Assembly (NCBI GenBank): GCA_039024555.1
Contig: JBCCQQ010000004.1
Coordinates: forward strand, 1-64,000
DNA: 64,000 nt
Direction: 5' to 3'
From: Cyanobacteria bacterium P01_D01_bin.156
GTDB lineage: Bacteria; Cyanobacteriota; Cyanobacteriia; Phormidesmidales; Phormidesmidaceae
Shown: positions 9,936 to 21,092 of the stretch, piece by piece
Layout of the letters: every line of letters starts with the position of its first letter
How positions within the stretch are numbered: position 1 is the stretch's first letter
Made by a program: the position numbers and the translations under genes
The notes under the pieces: generated by a model
The model's database searches: none
Seen by the model: only the letters and a program-made list of their open reading frames with translations
What the model was told of the DNA's origin: nothing

Positions 9936-10814
9936 CTATTGCTGTTCCATGTTGAAAATAAATGGTACCTGACCACCCTTTTCGCCCATAACTAAAACCC
10001 TGGGCATTTGGGAACCGCCCGCCTTCCAAGCTTCAATGGCCTCTTTTTCAAGTACGAGTTCACCCCCTTGGGCTTTAAGGGTTTCTGCCAGCAGTCGCTG
10101 AGCTTCGGCTCGGCCCTTGGCACGGTTGATCTCGGCCTGGGCTTCTTGCTCAGCCTGTTGTGCTACATAGACCGCCCGCCGCGCACTCTGTTCAGCGATC
10201 TGTTTTTCTTCTACGGCACGGGCAAACTCATCCGAGAAGGAGAGATCGACCACACTGGTATCGAGAATAATGATGCCGTACTTTTCTAGACGGCTACTTA
10301 GGGCATCGTCAAAGTCTTCTTTGAGTTTGGTTCGCTGTGTAATCGCTTCTTCTACCGTACGGCGAGCCGCTGCAATCTTAAAGGATTCTTGGGTTTGGGG
10401 AGCAATAATTTTGGTCACCACATTGGCTAACGTCCCCTGCTTACGGCGGATTTCGACAATGGTGCTGGGGTCCAACCGAAAGTTGATGGCGAACCGTGCC
10501 CGCAGATCCTGCAAGTCCTTAGTAGAACTTTCAGCGGGGACTTCAAACTTTTGCACCGTGACATCATATATGTCAACAAAGGACACCAACGGTGGCTTGA
10601 AGTGAATACCCTCTAGTAAGGGACTGTCCTGGGCTTTTCCTAAGATGCTCAACACACCGGCCTGCCCCGGGTTGATGATCACTAATGTACTGGTCAGAAC
10701 AAGACCGGTAATAATAGCTAAAAGTGCGATCGCAGCTGGCTGCCAGCTACCTGTCCGAGCGCTCAAAATCAGTTCCTCCGAGTGGATTTTTGCCGTTGCT
10801 GATTTAGAAACCAA
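9936..10814 (-). CDS. Prohibitin / SPFH (band 7) family protein
   Basis: N-terminal TM, EGIHFKPP, STKDLQ, FARAVEEKQIAEQ coiled coil. Confidence 0.92.
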   Translation of the reverse strand: MVSKSATAKIHSEELILSARTGSWQPAAIALLAIITGLVLTSTLVIINPGQAGVLSILGKAQDSPLLEGIHFKPPLVSFVDIYDVTVQKFEVPAESSTKDLQDLRARFAINFRLDPSTIVEIRRKQGTLANVVTKIIAPQTQESFKIAAARRTVEEAITQRTKLKEDFDDALSSRLEKYGIIILDTSVVDLSFSDEFARAVEEKQIAEQSARRAVYVAQQAEQEAQAEINRAKGRAEAQRLLAETLKAQGGELVLEKEAIEAWKAGGSQMPRVLVMGEKGGQVPFIFNMEQQ

Positions 10815-10902
10815 TCCGTCAACTTAGCCATTAGCCACATTGAGCAAATCAAATCCTATCGGGGCTCAGCAACGCTAACAATTTTTCTATTCCCAACGTA
10901 TA

Positions 10903-11967
10903 CTAACCTTCCGGCAAACCGGTGACCACTCCATTGCCTGCAATGACCGTACCAATGGGGTAGGCCAGATCAAACTGAGCTAGGACCGCATCCGCCTGGT
11001 CTGCTGGGACAATCAACACAAAGCCAATACCCATATTGAAGGTATTGAACATTTCGGCAGTCGCCACATCACCAGCGGCCTGGAGCCATTGGAAAATAGG
11101 TAATATGGGCCAGCTATTTTTCTCTATATATATAGACTGATTTTTTCCAATACAGCGGGGCAAATTTTCAGGAAAACCACCGCCTGTAATGTGGGCCATG
11201 GCATGAATATCCAAACCACTTTTTAGAGCCGCCAGTACCGGCTTTACGTAAAGCTGGGTAGGTGTTAAGAGCGCAGCACCCAACGACTGGCCGCTTAAAA
11301 GATCAGGGCATTCATCCCAACCATAGCCCAGGGTGCGATCGCTAGCTCCTCCCCCCAAAGCTTCCTGGCGCGGAGCCTCTGCCATAATCTTGCGCACTAA
11401 ACTGTAGCCATTACTGTGAACACCGCTGCTGGGTAACCCGATCAACACATCCCCCACCTGCACTTGAGAACCATCCAAAATGGTACTTTTCTCAACAATA
11501 CCGACACAAAACCCGGCCATGTCATATTCACCCTGGCCGTAGAACCCCGGCATCTCAGCCGTTTCTCCGCCCAAGAGTGCACAGCCCGACTGGCGACACC
11601 CCTCAGCCACACCCGCCACTACCTGAGCAAGCTGCTCAGGGGCTAACTTGCCCGTCGCCAAATAATCCAAGAAGTACAGCGGCTCTGCCCCCGATGTGAG
11701 CACATCATTGACACACATCGCCACCAAATCAATTCCCACCGTATTGTGTCGATCCAGACTGTGGGCCAGCTTGAGCTTTGTACCCACGCCATCTGTACCC
11801 GATACCAATACAGGCTGCTGATACCCCGTAGGCAGCTCAAAATAACCTCCAAATCCACCCAAACCACCCAGTACTCCAGGGCGATGGGTCTGCTCTACAA
11901 GACTACGAATCGTCTCTACAAACGCTCGCCCAGCGACCACATCCACTCCTGCTTGCCGATAATCCAT
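10903..11967 (-). CDS. purM: Phosphoribosylformylglycinamidine cyclo-ligase (AIR synthetase)
   Basis: [43 protein letters not shown]. Confidence 0.97.
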   Translation of the reverse strand: MDYRQAGVDVVAGRAFVETIRSLVEQTHRPGVLGGLGGFGGYFELPTGYQQPVLVSGTDGVGTKLKLAHSLDRHNTVGIDLVAMCVNDVLTSGAEPLYFLDYLATGKLAPEQLAQVVAGVAEGCRQSGCALLGGETAEMPGFYGQGEYDMAGFCVGIVEKSTILDGSQVQVGDVLIGLPSSGVHSNGYSLVRKIMAEAPRQEALGGGASDRTLGYGWDECPDLLSGQSLGAALLTPTQLYVKPVLAALKSGLDIHAMAHITGGGFPENLPRCIGKNQSIYIEKNSWPILPIFQWLQAAGDVATAEMFNTFNMGIGFVLIVPADQADAVLAQFDLAYPIGTVIAGNGVVTGLPEG

Positions 11968-12465
11968 AGCCTTTTGCTCAAATAACTTGACTACTTTACG
12001 ACACCTTAGGTGAGGGAATGTTCAAATAGCCCTGGAATCATTCAATGTCCGTCATTAAGAGCATTTGCGTCAGCAAATCTGAACAAACAACCAAGCTCTT
12101 CATCCAAAAATCACGACTAAATAGTCGAGGAGCTATTAATAATCTGTAATCATTGGAATTCGATACATAACTTTTCAAAAACTCATTAGGGGGTTGGGCC
12201 AGCTGAAAAACTGTCTACAAGTCTTGAGCTGCCAAGATAGCTCTTCAATTGATAAAGAGATCATAAAGATTAAATGTGTATGGATCGTTGATTTTTACGC
12301 CCAAATTCGCGGTTCCACATCTGAAATTCTTCGTGATAGATTAAATCGCGTTGAATTTTTTCTGTCCGCGATGCATCGACACCCCGAAGCTGCTCTGTTC
12401 AATCTATTGAATTTGTCACTTCTGGCTCTGCGATGTAGACGCTTACGCTTAGTGCAATCCTGTTT

Positions 12466-13392
12466 ATGAGTCAACAGTTAATCAGCAGTTTAGTAGCGAC
12501 GGTTTTACTATCCACCGTTGTATCTACGGCGACTAGGGCCAATGCTCAAGCGCTTGATGCCAGTCCTGATACGCCTCTGCAGATTTCAGTTACCCGCGAG
12601 TCATTACAGCCGACCTCAGCTGATACGCTTCAATCCACCCTTGAGGCGGCAACCACCGTTCGAGTCAAGGCCCATCCCATCGAAAACCGGCAGGCTGCAA
12701 CGGTTTATGTCAGAAATATTCCTGTTTTAACCTACGTTGATGCAGCCGAGACTACGAATATTGTCTCCGGCTGGTTACCCTCTAGTGCCATAGCGGCTGA
12801 AGGTGTCGTATCTGATGCTTCTGAGATGGCCACTCAGCTTGAGCAGATGGCAGCCAAGGCAGTTGAATTTACGGCTCATTGGAAAGAAGGAAGCTATGTG
12901 GTGATGGCAGGGGACGCTCTGCTGGTTAAGCTGGGCAATACCGTACGGCTTCCTGATGCCACTGACAATGAAGCTGAAAATGCACTGCAAGTCACTAACC
13001 GGCTGCGGCGTTTGTTGGGGAATGATAGAGCCGAACCCGTTACGGAAGTGATCGGCAGACCTGAGCCTCGCCCCCCTGTACAGCAAGTGGCAGCTGTCCG
13101 TTCTAGCTACAGCGGTATGGCTTCATGGTACGGCCCAGGTTTCCATGGCCGTACTAGTGCCAGCGGAGAATCCTTTAACCAATATGCGATGACCGCTGCC
13201 CACCGTACTCTCCCCTTTGGCACTCGAGTACGGGTGACCAATCTAAATAACGGTCAGCAAGTGGTTGTACGCATTAACGACCGGGGTCCTTACAGCCATG
13301 GGCGCGTGATTGACCTGTCAGCTGGAGCTGCTAGTGCCATCGGCCTACGTTCAGCAGGTGTGGGACCTGTACAAATCGAGGTACTGCGCTAG
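12466..13392 (+). CDS. rlpA: Septal ring lytic transglycosylase RlpA family protein
   Basis: [39 protein letters not shown]-terminal signal peptide. Confidence 0.92.
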   Translation: MSQQLISSLVATVLLSTVVSTATRANAQALDASPDTPLQISVTRESLQPTSADTLQSTLEAATTVRVKAHPIENRQAATVYVRNIPVLTYVDAAETTNIVSGWLPSSAIAAEGVVSDASEMATQLEQMAAKAVEFTAHWKEGSYVVMAGDALLVKLGNTVRLPDATDNEAENALQVTNRLRRLLGNDRAEPVTEVIGRPEPRPPVQQVAAVRSSYSGMASWYGPGFHGRTSASGESFNQYAMTAAHRTLPFGTRVRVTNLNNGQQVVVRINDRGPYSHGRVIDLSAGAASAIGLRSAGVGPVQIEVLR

Positions 13393-13490
13393 AGCTCTGA
13401 CGACATTTCCCATCTCATTCCCCGGATTACTCAGATGGGTGTACTACCCGTCTGGTATCGTTAAACCTTGTGTTTAGCATCCGGGGAATT

Positions 13491-15047
13491 TTGCGTTTAC
13501 TGAAGACGGTGGAAGGGCTGCAGTGCTGGTTAAAGCAGCAGTCAGGGACGATTGGGTTAGTGCCCACTATGGGCGCACTTCACCAGGGTCATCTCAGCTT
13601 GATTCGTCAGGCCCGTCGCGACAATGAACTGGTGGTTGTCAGCATTTTTGTAAATCCTTTGCAGTTTGGCCCTAATGAGGATCTAGCCGCCTATCCTCGC
13701 ATGTTAGATAGGGATGCCAACCTCTGTGAAACCGTTGGCGTGGACTGTATATTTGCCCCTACATCTGAAGACTTGTATGGTCCAAACGTCGAAGATTCGG
13801 CATCCTTAGCTAGGGTGCTGCCGCCGCCAACATTAGTCCAGCAGCTATGCGGCAAATTTCGGCCAGGGCACTTTGATGGAGTCGCTACGGTGGTCACCAA
13901 GCTAATCAGTCTAGTACGGCCCCAACGATCATATTTTGGCCAAAAGGATGCTCAACAGTTAGCGATTATCCGTTGCCTGGTTAAAGACCTCAACCTACCA
14001 GGAAGCGTTATTGGTTGTCCCATCGTTCGCGAGTCCGATGGGTTGGCCTTGAGTTCTAGAAATAAATATCTAAACGGGCAAGAACGTCAACAAGCAGTTA
14101 TACTCAATCGGGGGTTAAGGAGTGCTCAACGAAAATTCAAGGAACTGGGGGTGCGATCGCAACATTCCCTAGCTTCTATCGTCTTGGAGTACTTAGAAAC
14201 AGCACCTGCTATTACTCCTCAGTACGTTGAGCTGGTCAACCCGTACACTCTGGCCCCCTTAGAAAAGATTGAGACAGTTGGTATGTTGGCAGTAGCAGCA
14301 TTTGTAGGGACTACGCGATTAATCGACAATGTAGTCCTCAGAGACAGGCGGCCCATTGTTGCCATTGATGGTCCGGCAGGGGCAGGTAAGTCTACTGTAG
14401 CTAGGCAGCTGGCCCACAAATTAGGTCTACTGTATCTCGATACCGGGGCTATGTACCGCGCTTTCACCTGGTACGTTCTTTCCCAAGGCTGCGATCCCAG
14501 GGATGAAGTGGCTGTGGCAGAGCTTCTGTCCAAGTGCGCGATTAAGCTAGTGGCCAATCAATCCGAGCAAGTGTTGCAGCCTCCTGAAGTATGGGTAAAT
14601 GATACGACTGTTACCCAAGCCATTCGTACTCCTGAAGTAACGGCTAACGTTTCTGCTATTGCGGCGCAATCAGCGGTGCGCCAAGCCCTGGTCAAACAAC
14701 AAATGCAGTATGGCTTGGCTGGGGGCATTGTTGCTGATGGTCGAGACATTGGCACCCATGTTTTTCCAGATGCCGAATTAAAAATCTTTCTAACGGCTTC
14801 GGTTGAAGAGCGCGCCCGTCGTCGTCAACGAGACTTAGCAAAACAAAGTCAGCCAGCTCCTGATTTGACAAAGTTAGCTCAAGCTATTAGTGAACGGGAT
14901 CATAAGGACAGTACTCGCAAGATTTCGCCACTGCGCCAGGCAGAAGATGCTATCGAAGTTGTTACCGACGATCTCACCATTGAAAATGTTCTAGATAAAC
15001 TTTTAGCCCTTTACCAAGAGAAAGTTGTTATTAGCGAAGATGCTTAG
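13491..15047 (+). CDS. panC/cmk: Bifunctional pantoate--beta-alanine ligase / cytidylate kinase
   Basis: VPTMGALHQGH, FVNPLQF, FGQKDAQQ, LSSRN followed by IDGPAGAGKST, LDTGAMYR, DGRDIGT; this fusion is typical of cyanobacteria. Confidence 0.96.
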   Translation: MRLLKTVEGLQCWLKQQSGTIGLVPTMGALHQGHLSLIRQARRDNELVVVSIFVNPLQFGPNEDLAAYPRMLDRDANLCETVGVDCIFAPTSEDLYGPNVEDSASLARVLPPPTLVQQLCGKFRPGHFDGVATVVTKLISLVRPQRSYFGQKDAQQLAIIRCLVKDLNLPGSVIGCPIVRESDGLALSSRNKYLNGQERQQAVILNRGLRSAQRKFKELGVRSQHSLASIVLEYLETAPAITPQYVELVNPYTLAPLEKIETVGMLAVAAFVGTTRLIDNVVLRDRRPIVAIDGPAGAGKSTVARQLAHKLGLLYLDTGAMYRAFTWYVLSQGCDPRDEVAVAELLSKCAIKLVANQSEQVLQPPEVWVNDTTVTQAIRTPEVTANVSAIAAQSAVRQALVKQQMQYGLAGGIVADGRDIGTHVFPDAELKIFLTASVEERARRRQRDLAKQSQPAPDLTKLAQAISERDHKDSTRKISPLRQAEDAIEVVTDDLTIENVLDKLLALYQEKVVISEDA

Positions 15048-15314
15048 GCAAGCTTTGCTAATAGGTAGAGGGTAATCCATATCTAACGCTAAACTCTATC
15101 TCGCGGTAGATGTTTAGGACGTGAATATACGTAAAATGGCACAGGCATTTAGGCTCATTGTCGGTTTAATTTAGGTATTTCCGAGGAAGCTTTTGCCTAG
15201 AGAGAAAGCGACAATAAAACTAATTCTGAAGAACGCGTACAAGGCTACTGATCATCCGAGGGGGCATTTTGGGTGATTGCATTAAATCTTGTCTAGCGCG
15301 TTTTACAGGTGAGC

Positions 15315-15358
15315 TGTCTGACCCTGGGGGCTTTATAGGGTCAGACATTTTTCTTTTT
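15315..15358 (+). terminator. Intrinsic terminator
   Basis: tgtctgaccct...agggtcagaca (11-bp stem) followed by a T-rich run. Confidence 0.75.
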
Positions 15359-15361
15359 AAA

Positions 15362-15561
15362 GGGGTAGAGTAGGGAGAACGTTCTCTCCACTCAAACAAC
15401 AGCTCATATCAGGACTATCTACAGGGGCGTTGCCGATCTTCGGGATGATTTCATCTGCCAAATTCAGGTGAATAGTAAGTCCTACAGATCGTTTCATCCC
15501 CTCAATCAGCAACGGCTCTAGCTGCCCGTAGACGTTCACTAGAATTCACCTTACTTTCTTC
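15362..15561. ncRNA. Candidate structured non-coding element (~200 nt; class unresolved)
   Basis: Nested complementary blocks read by eye (cgttgccgat/atcagcaacg, gggatga/tcatccc, atctg/cagat, tctacagg/cccgtaga, outer agagtaggg/ccttacttt); no convincing ORF. Confidence 0.4.
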
Positions 15562-15571
15562 AGCTAATTTG

Positions 15572-16336
15572 CTAAAAAACAGCCGCTAAAATCTCTTCTT
15601 TCATATCAAAGTTAGCGGTCACAGATTGCACATCATCAAGATCTTCGAGGGCTTCCATCATTTTTAAGAGAGATTTAGCCTGCTCCGTATCGGTCACATC
15701 TACCGTATTACTGGGTACCCAACGAACTTCAATATCTTTGACCTGATAGCTTTCAACTTTCAGATATTCGCTTAGGGTTTCTAAACTACTGGGGGGGCAA
15801 AACACTTCTGCTCCAGGAGTATCTTCTTCTATCTCAGTGAGTTCATAGGATTCGGCTCCCCCTTCAATGGCAGCTTCTAAGAGAGTATCTTCATCCAAAT
15901 TACCCGCAACAACAACAACCCCTTTTTGGTCAAACATCCAACCCACACATCCCGTTTCACCCAGGTTGCCACCATTTTTGCTAAAGGCCGCTCGTAAATC
16001 AGCTGCGGTACGATTGCGATTATCGGTGAGGGCTTCCACAAGAACCGCCACCCCGCCAGGGCCATACCCTTCATAGCGGATAGTCTCTAAATCCCCATCG
16101 CTACCTAGTTTCCCAATACCTTTTGCGATCGCGCGGTCAATGTTATCGTTAGGCACTCCTGCGGCCTTGGCTTTATCAATGGCAGTGCGCAGCTGAAAAT
16201 TACCGTCAGGATCTCCCCCTCCCTGTTTAGCGGCCACAATGATTTCCCGCGAAAGTTTAGCAAATACTTTGCCCTTAACCGCGTCCACCCGCGCCTTTTG
16301 GCGTTTGATATTGGCCCATTTACTATGACCTGCCAT
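15572..16336 (-). CDS. yebC: YebC/PmpR family protein
   Basis: MAGHSKWANIK, YEGYGPGG, TDNRNRT, LEDLDDVQ. Confidence 0.96.
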   Translation of the reverse strand: MAGHSKWANIKRQKARVDAVKGKVFAKLSREIIVAAKQGGGDPDGNFQLRTAIDKAKAAGVPNDNIDRAIAKGIGKLGSDGDLETIRYEGYGPGGVAVLVEALTDNRNRTAADLRAAFSKNGGNLGETGCVGWMFDQKGVVVVAGNLDEDTLLEAAIEGGAESYELTEIEEDTPGAEVFCPPSSLETLSEYLKVESYQVKDIEVRWVPSNTVDVTDTEQAKSLLKMMEALEDLDDVQSVTANFDMKEEILAAVF

Positions 16337-16460
16337 AGAGTCTTAGCTGCCGTGTACTAGCTCACCATTGTAGCGAGAAGTTTTACACCAAAATTGGAAA
16401 GGTTCAGGAAGAAAGAAAGATTGGGGGAGAGTTCCTAATCAAGAAATCTTGGTTAGGGAT

Positions 16461-16548
16461 GAAGTGGGAATTCGGAGTTTGGAATTGGGAAAACCATGCG
16501 AGAACAGCCAGTTCTACAGACCCCCTGTCCCTTCCAAATTCCCACTTC
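16461..16548. repeat. Inverted repeat with STRR-like heptamers downstream of glk
   Basis: gaagtgggaattcgga vs tccaaattcccacttc; heptamers ggaattc/ggagttt/ggaattg/ggaaaac. Confidence 0.5.
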
Positions 16549-16572
16549 TATCAAGGTCAATGTACAGCCAAC

Positions 16573-17592
16573 TCACGCGATCTGCCCCGCCCGCAGGGCA
16601 GCCCCAATCAGACCAATACTTTGATTGGTCACCAGGTGGACAGGTACATTGTCCAACAGCGGACTCATGCGCCCCTTGTGGCTAAAGGTGGACAAAAACG
16701 GACCGTTGCGAATTAGATCAACATTCTTAGCAGTGACACCGCCAGCTACGTAAAGCCCCCCATAGGGGAGCAGTTTCAGGGCAAGATTCCCCGCAGCGGC
16801 ACCATAGGCATCCACAAAGATTTCCATGGTACGACCGGCCAGACGATCGGTGACTGCCGCCTTAGAAATGGCAGCAGCTGGGTCGGGTAACTCATTACGA
16901 CGACCAGCCCCTTGCTCCCAATTACGTACGATCTGTCCCAGGTCTTCAGACTCGGTGGCAAAGTTGCGATCGCGCAAAAACTGATAGATCGACACAATGC
17001 CCTGACCAGACACAACCCGCTCTACCGATACCCGAGAAATGGAATGCTTTTCTAACAAATAGTGAAGCAGCTGAAATTCCAGTTCGGAGCGGGGCGCAAA
17101 GTCCACATGCCCACCCTCTGAGGGAAACACCCGGTACTGTCCCCCAAAGTTAATCAAAAAACCTTGCCCTAGACCGGTACCAGCGCCAATAATAGCGATG
17201 GGTGCATCCGGATCCTGAGTACCTGCCTGTAGCGTGTACATGTCGTCTGGCTGTAGCCCCAGCACCCCATATCCTACCGCCGCAAAGTCATTGATCAGCT
17301 CCACCTGGTCCAGGCCAAGTTCCTCTGCAATGCGCTCTCCGCCCAAGGACCAGGCCAAATTCGTAAGCTGGGAGCGGTTATTGATCACAGGGCCAGCAAT
17401 GGCAAAACAGGCCGCTTTGAGTTGTACATCCTCTATGGGAGCTGCCGCCAAAAACTCTTTGACCATGGGCACTAAATCGGCATAATCACTACTGACATAG
17501 CGATTTTCATGGAGAGTTGTCCGGTCGTCAGAGCGTACCAAACGCAAAATCGTTTTTGTCCCGCCAATGTCACCAGCTAATAGTTGCATCAT
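16573..17592 (-). CDS. glk: Glucokinase
   Basis: [37 protein letters not shown]. Confidence 0.95.
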   Translation of the reverse strand: MMQLLAGDIGGTKTILRLVRSDDRTTLHENRYVSSDYADLVPMVKEFLAAAPIEDVQLKAACFAIAGPVINNRSQLTNLAWSLGGERIAEELGLDQVELINDFAAVGYGVLGLQPDDMYTLQAGTQDPDAPIAIIGAGTGLGQGFLINFGGQYRVFPSEGGHVDFAPRSELEFQLLHYLLEKHSISRVSVERVVSGQGIVSIYQFLRDRNFATESEDLGQIVRNWEQGAGRRNELPDPAAAISKAAVTDRLAGRTMEIFVDAYGAAAGNLALKLLPYGGLYVAGGVTAKNVDLIRNGPFLSTFSHKGRMSPLLDNVPVHLVTNQSIGLIGAALRAGQIA

Positions 17593-17622
17593 AGAAATTC
17601 CAGGAAATTTCAGAATCAAAGT

Positions 17623-18774
17623 ATGAGCGCAATGTCCCTACAAAGTCTTCCCAACCGCATTTTAGACCGAGCCTTAAACGGTCAGGACATTTCTCCTGAG
17701 GAGGGGGTCAGACTACTTAAACAGACCGATCCAGCCATCATTGAAACGATTCGAGCCACAGCTGATAAACTGCGCCAGCAGCAGGTGGGCGACAGGGTTA
17801 CCTTTGTGGTCAACCGGAACATCAACTACACCAATATCTGCGAGCAACATTGCAGCTTTTGTGCCTTTCGCCGGGACCCGGAACAGCCAGGGGCCTATTG
17901 GCTTAACTGGGAAACAATTTTAGAAAAAGCCACGGCTGGCGTAGCCGCTGGTACCACAGAAATTTGCATGCAAGGGGGGTTAAATCCCGCTGCCAAAATT
18001 AACGGTAGTAGCCTAGCGTACTATCAGCGGTTAGTGACCACCATTAAAGACAAATTTCCAAACCTTCACATCCATGCATTTTCTCCCCAGGAAATACAGT
18101 TTATTGCGCGGGAAGATAGTCTAGACTTTGCCACTGTCATTCAAGCCCTGGCTGAGGCCGGTGTAGACTCCCTTCCAGGGACTGCAGCCGAAGTCTTGGA
18201 CGACAAGGTGCGGCGGGTGCTCTGTCCAGAAAAGATTGATGCCAGCACTTGGCTAGAAATTGTCGGGTTAGCCCACAGCTTGGGTATGCCGACTACGAGC
18301 ACGATGCTGTCTGGCCACATTGAAACAGCTGAACAACAGATTAGTCATTTAGAGCAGCTGCGTCAGCTACAGCAGCGGTCTCTTACTCAGAATAATATCG
18401 GGATCACAGAATTTATACTGCTGCCCTTTGTGGGGCAAGATGCCCCTGCCCCCCTGCGTAAACGGGTAGGGCGGGATCAGCCTGTGGTCACAGATGCCCT
18501 GTTACTGACAGCCGTCGCCAGAATTTATCTTGGACGGTGGATTAAAAACCACCAACCCAGCTGGGTCAAGCTGGGGTTAGACGGTGCCACTGAAGCGCTG
18601 CGCTGGGGATGTAACGACATTGGCGGCACTTTGATGGAGGAGCATATTACCTCCATGGCCGGCGCCCAGGGAGGTACCTGTCAATCGGCGGATAATTTAA
18701 AGGATGCGATCGCAGGTCTTAATCGCCCTAGCCAACAACGAGATACGCTTTATCGTACTGTGGCAACCAACTAA
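17623..18774 (+). CDS. cofH: FO synthase subunit CofH (radical SAM)
   Basis: [19 protein letters not shown] (CxxxCxxC), [19 protein letters not shown]. Confidence 0.93.
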   Translation: MSAMSLQSLPNRILDRALNGQDISPEEGVRLLKQTDPAIIETIRATADKLRQQQVGDRVTFVVNRNINYTNICEQHCSFCAFRRDPEQPGAYWLNWETILEKATAGVAAGTTEICMQGGLNPAAKINGSSLAYYQRLVTTIKDKFPNLHIHAFSPQEIQFIAREDSLDFATVIQALAEAGVDSLPGTAAEVLDDKVRRVLCPEKIDASTWLEIVGLAHSLGMPTTSTMLSGHIETAEQQISHLEQLRQLQQRSLTQNNIGITEFILLPFVGQDAPAPLRKRVGRDQPVVTDALLLTAVARIYLGRWIKNHQPSWVKLGLDGATEALRWGCNDIGGTLMEEHITSMAGAQGGTCQSADNLKDAIAGLNRPSQQRDTLYRTVATN

Positions 18775-19166
18775 ACCTTCAGAGTTAGATACTCGGTCTC
18801 TAGTGGGGCTGTTGCTGGGCCAGCAAAGCTTCCATTGTTAACAGACAACTCTAATCATTACGTTTACCCAAAGTTATTTCCCAAGCAAGAGCCGTCTTTG
18901 TACATTGGTTTAGAGATACCTATAAAACTCTCATTTTCGCCTTGTAAACGTTTGATTGAGCAGGGCATACAACGATTATTACAAATACTTGACAACATCA
19001 GTTTCACCACAGGTGGCTGTTGTGACTTGAGGGCTTTAGCAAGCGCTTTGTACGCCTGATTTACAAAGCACTAACGCCAACGTCTTAAAAACATTCGATA
19101 TCCAAAACTGGCTTGCTGCTCGCAAGCCAAGTTTTCTGTCCTGTTCTCCATTTTTCGATTTGCTGC

Positions 19167-19880
19167 ATGCTCAAATTGATTAGCATTTTGCCCATTGCCA
19201 AGCAGCAAAAGCTACGCCAGTATCTCCAGAAAAATCGCCAGCTGCTGGCCCCCGATATGTCTAGCTACGGTATCGGTCGACTGCGTTATTGGCTTGAACA
19301 TGAGCCCGTTTTAGGTACCAGCGGCAGACAGTACAAACCGGCTACCCGCAAAGCTCAATTTTGGGACTTTTGCCAAAGCATTTATCAAAGGGCCAGTCAT
19401 GTAGCACTCCCCGACAGCATTGTCGCCAAGCCCGATCTCGGTCTGGTCGCCTACGGCAAAGTAGGTATTCGCTCCCATCGAGATGATCCCTATGCCGCCT
19501 GTCCAGCAGTAACCATCAATCTCTCCACCACAGCCACCCAGTGGGGGTACACCGCCACCTACAGCGGCTATGACAAACGCAATCCTAAACGAGTCACCGA
19601 ACAAATACATCACTTACCGCCGGGGGCCATCGTCGTATTTAATAGCCAGAACCCTCATCGAGTCATTAGTCCTGACCCTGACCGATGGTCTATCAATCTG
19701 TGGAGAGTGGCATCATCCTGCCGTCCCTATTTTGATCGTTACCTGGCCGATGGAGCGTCTCACCCCGATAATGCGGTAAGCTTTTTCCCACAGTTGGGAG
19801 AAAAACACGATGGCCGACAGCGTACAAAAGGATATTCAAGTTGGGAAGCTGAATTGGGTTTACCGCGAACTTATTCCTGA
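19167..19880 (+). CDS. Putative AlkB-like 2OG-Fe(II) dioxygenase
   Basis: GI.SHRD (HxD), distal H in NPHRV, C-terminal RWSINLWR (cf. AlkB RxNLTFR). Confidence 0.65.
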   Translation: MLKLISILPIAKQQKLRQYLQKNRQLLAPDMSSYGIGRLRYWLEHEPVLGTSGRQYKPATRKAQFWDFCQSIYQRASHVALPDSIVAKPDLGLVAYGKVGIRSHRDDPYAACPAVTINLSTTATQWGYTATYSGYDKRNPKRVTEQIHHLPPGAIVVFNSQNPHRVISPDPDRWSINLWRVASSCRPYFDRYLADGASHPDNAVSFFPQLGEKHDGRQRTKGYSSWEAELGLPRTYS

Positions 19881-20661
19881 TACGCCTAATCAGAAGCCTC
19901 CTGTACTCCTGCTCCATGGCCTTGTGTCCCAAAGCCATAGCTGGCGAGATGTAATGCCTGCCCTAGCGGAGCGAGGGTTTCGCAGCATTGCCCCCGACTG
20001 GATTGGCCATGGGTCTTCCGGTAAACCGGACAAGCGTCAGTTCGACTACACACCAGAAACCTATCTCAAAGCGCTGGGCGACTATCTTGAGGCGCTTGAG
20101 CTTGACCGATTTTCTCTAGTTGTACAAGGATTTTTAGGGGTAACGGGCCTACTCTACGCGGCCCAAAATCCTGACAAAATCGAACGGCTAATTATTCTCA
20201 ATACCCCTTTGCCCCCTAAAGCGGACCTGCCCTTTGCAGTGAAAATGATGGGCTGGCCATTTGTGGGAGACATGATGACCCAGGACCCGCTGCTAGTCGA
20301 TCGCACCTTAGAAGGAGGCGGTCCTTACCAGGTAGCCGATGAGGACCTAGATGTTTACCGACGCCCGTTTCTTAAAAGCTCGGATGTGGGTCGGGCACTG
20401 ATGTGGACAATCCGGGCTATGAACATGGCTAAAATTACTGAACAGATTGCCCAGGGATTTAAAGATTGGTCTCGTCCCACCTTAGTGGCTTGGGGCACAT
20501 CTGACCCATGGCTGTCGGCAGATGGAGCTAAGGCATTTGCCCAAGGTCTAGAAGCTGGCGAATATACAGAACTAGCTGAGGTGGGCCATTACACTCAGGA
20601 GGATTGGGCAGAAAAGGTCAGTGAAACTGTTGTGCCGTTTTTACGTAAGCAGGACATTTGA
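19810..20661 (+). CDS. Alpha/beta hydrolase, haloalkane-dehalogenase-like
   Basis: LLLHG, APDWIGHG.S.KP, GHY.QE; nucleophile elbow reads VVQGFLG. Confidence 0.85.
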   Translation: MADSVQKDIQVGKLNWVYRELIPDTPNQKPPVLLLHGLVSQSHSWRDVMPALAERGFRSIAPDWIGHGSSGKPDKRQFDYTPETYLKALGDYLEALELDRFSLVVQGFLGVTGLLYAAQNPDKIERLIILNTPLPPKADLPFAVKMMGWPFVGDMMTQDPLLVDRTLEGGGPYQVADEDLDVYRRPFLKSSDVGRALMWTIRAMNMAKITEQIAQGFKDWSRPTLVAWGTSDPWLSADGAKAFAQGLEAGEYTELAEVGHYTQEDWAEKVSETVVPFLRKQDI

Positions 20662-20689
20662 GCGACCGTAGCGGTTCGCAGTTCGTGCC

Positions 20690-21046
20690 TCAGTCTCTGT
20701 TGGGCAGATGTTTTTTTAACTCCCCTAAAAGGATTGCTTGCTCATCTTGCAAACTATGCAATCGATTTAGGATTATGTCAATTTGTTGTTGAGGCGTTTC
20801 TCTAGCTGTTGTTTTGTTAAGCAACCATCGCCCAAAGGAAAAAGGAGAACGGCTAACCTCGCTCAAAAGATGGCGAACAATTTGGCTAGCTGCAGAGAGA
20901 AGCATTTGTATTCCAAGCAGTAGACCAACTGCGATCGCAGCCAGCCAGTAGGGATGGTGCAACCCCCAAAGAACAGTTGTTTCTGTCGGCGTCAAAAAAG
21001 CCTCTGCCAGGGGCTGCTGCAACAATACTTCTCCAAAGGCACCCAT
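20690..21046 (-). CDS. Hypothetical membrane protein with C-terminal coiled coil
   Basis: One TM segment and a heptad-rich tail; co-oriented with the upstream esterase; start uncertain. Confidence 0.6.
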   Translation of the reverse strand: MGAFGEVLLQQPLAEAFLTPTETTVLWGLHHPYWLAAIAVGLLLGIQMLLSAASQIVRHLLSEVSRSPFSFGRWLLNKTTARETPQQQIDIILNRLHSLQDEQAILLGELKKHLPNRD

Positions 21047-21092
21047 AATGTTTTACCCACTGCTTTTGATTTAACCGGCAATCTCTAATAAA

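Noticed and set aside
15428..15534. c-di-AMP (ydaO), glutamine riboswitch or hammerhead assignment for the structured element
   Set aside because: Only short fragments match (GTTGCCGA, GGTGAAT, CTGATTGA...GAAG); core spacing is wrong and there is no downstream gene to regulate because the flanking genes converge.
15357..15539. 60-aa ORF on the minus strand
   Set aside because: No recognisable protein features; the region is better explained by nucleotide structure.
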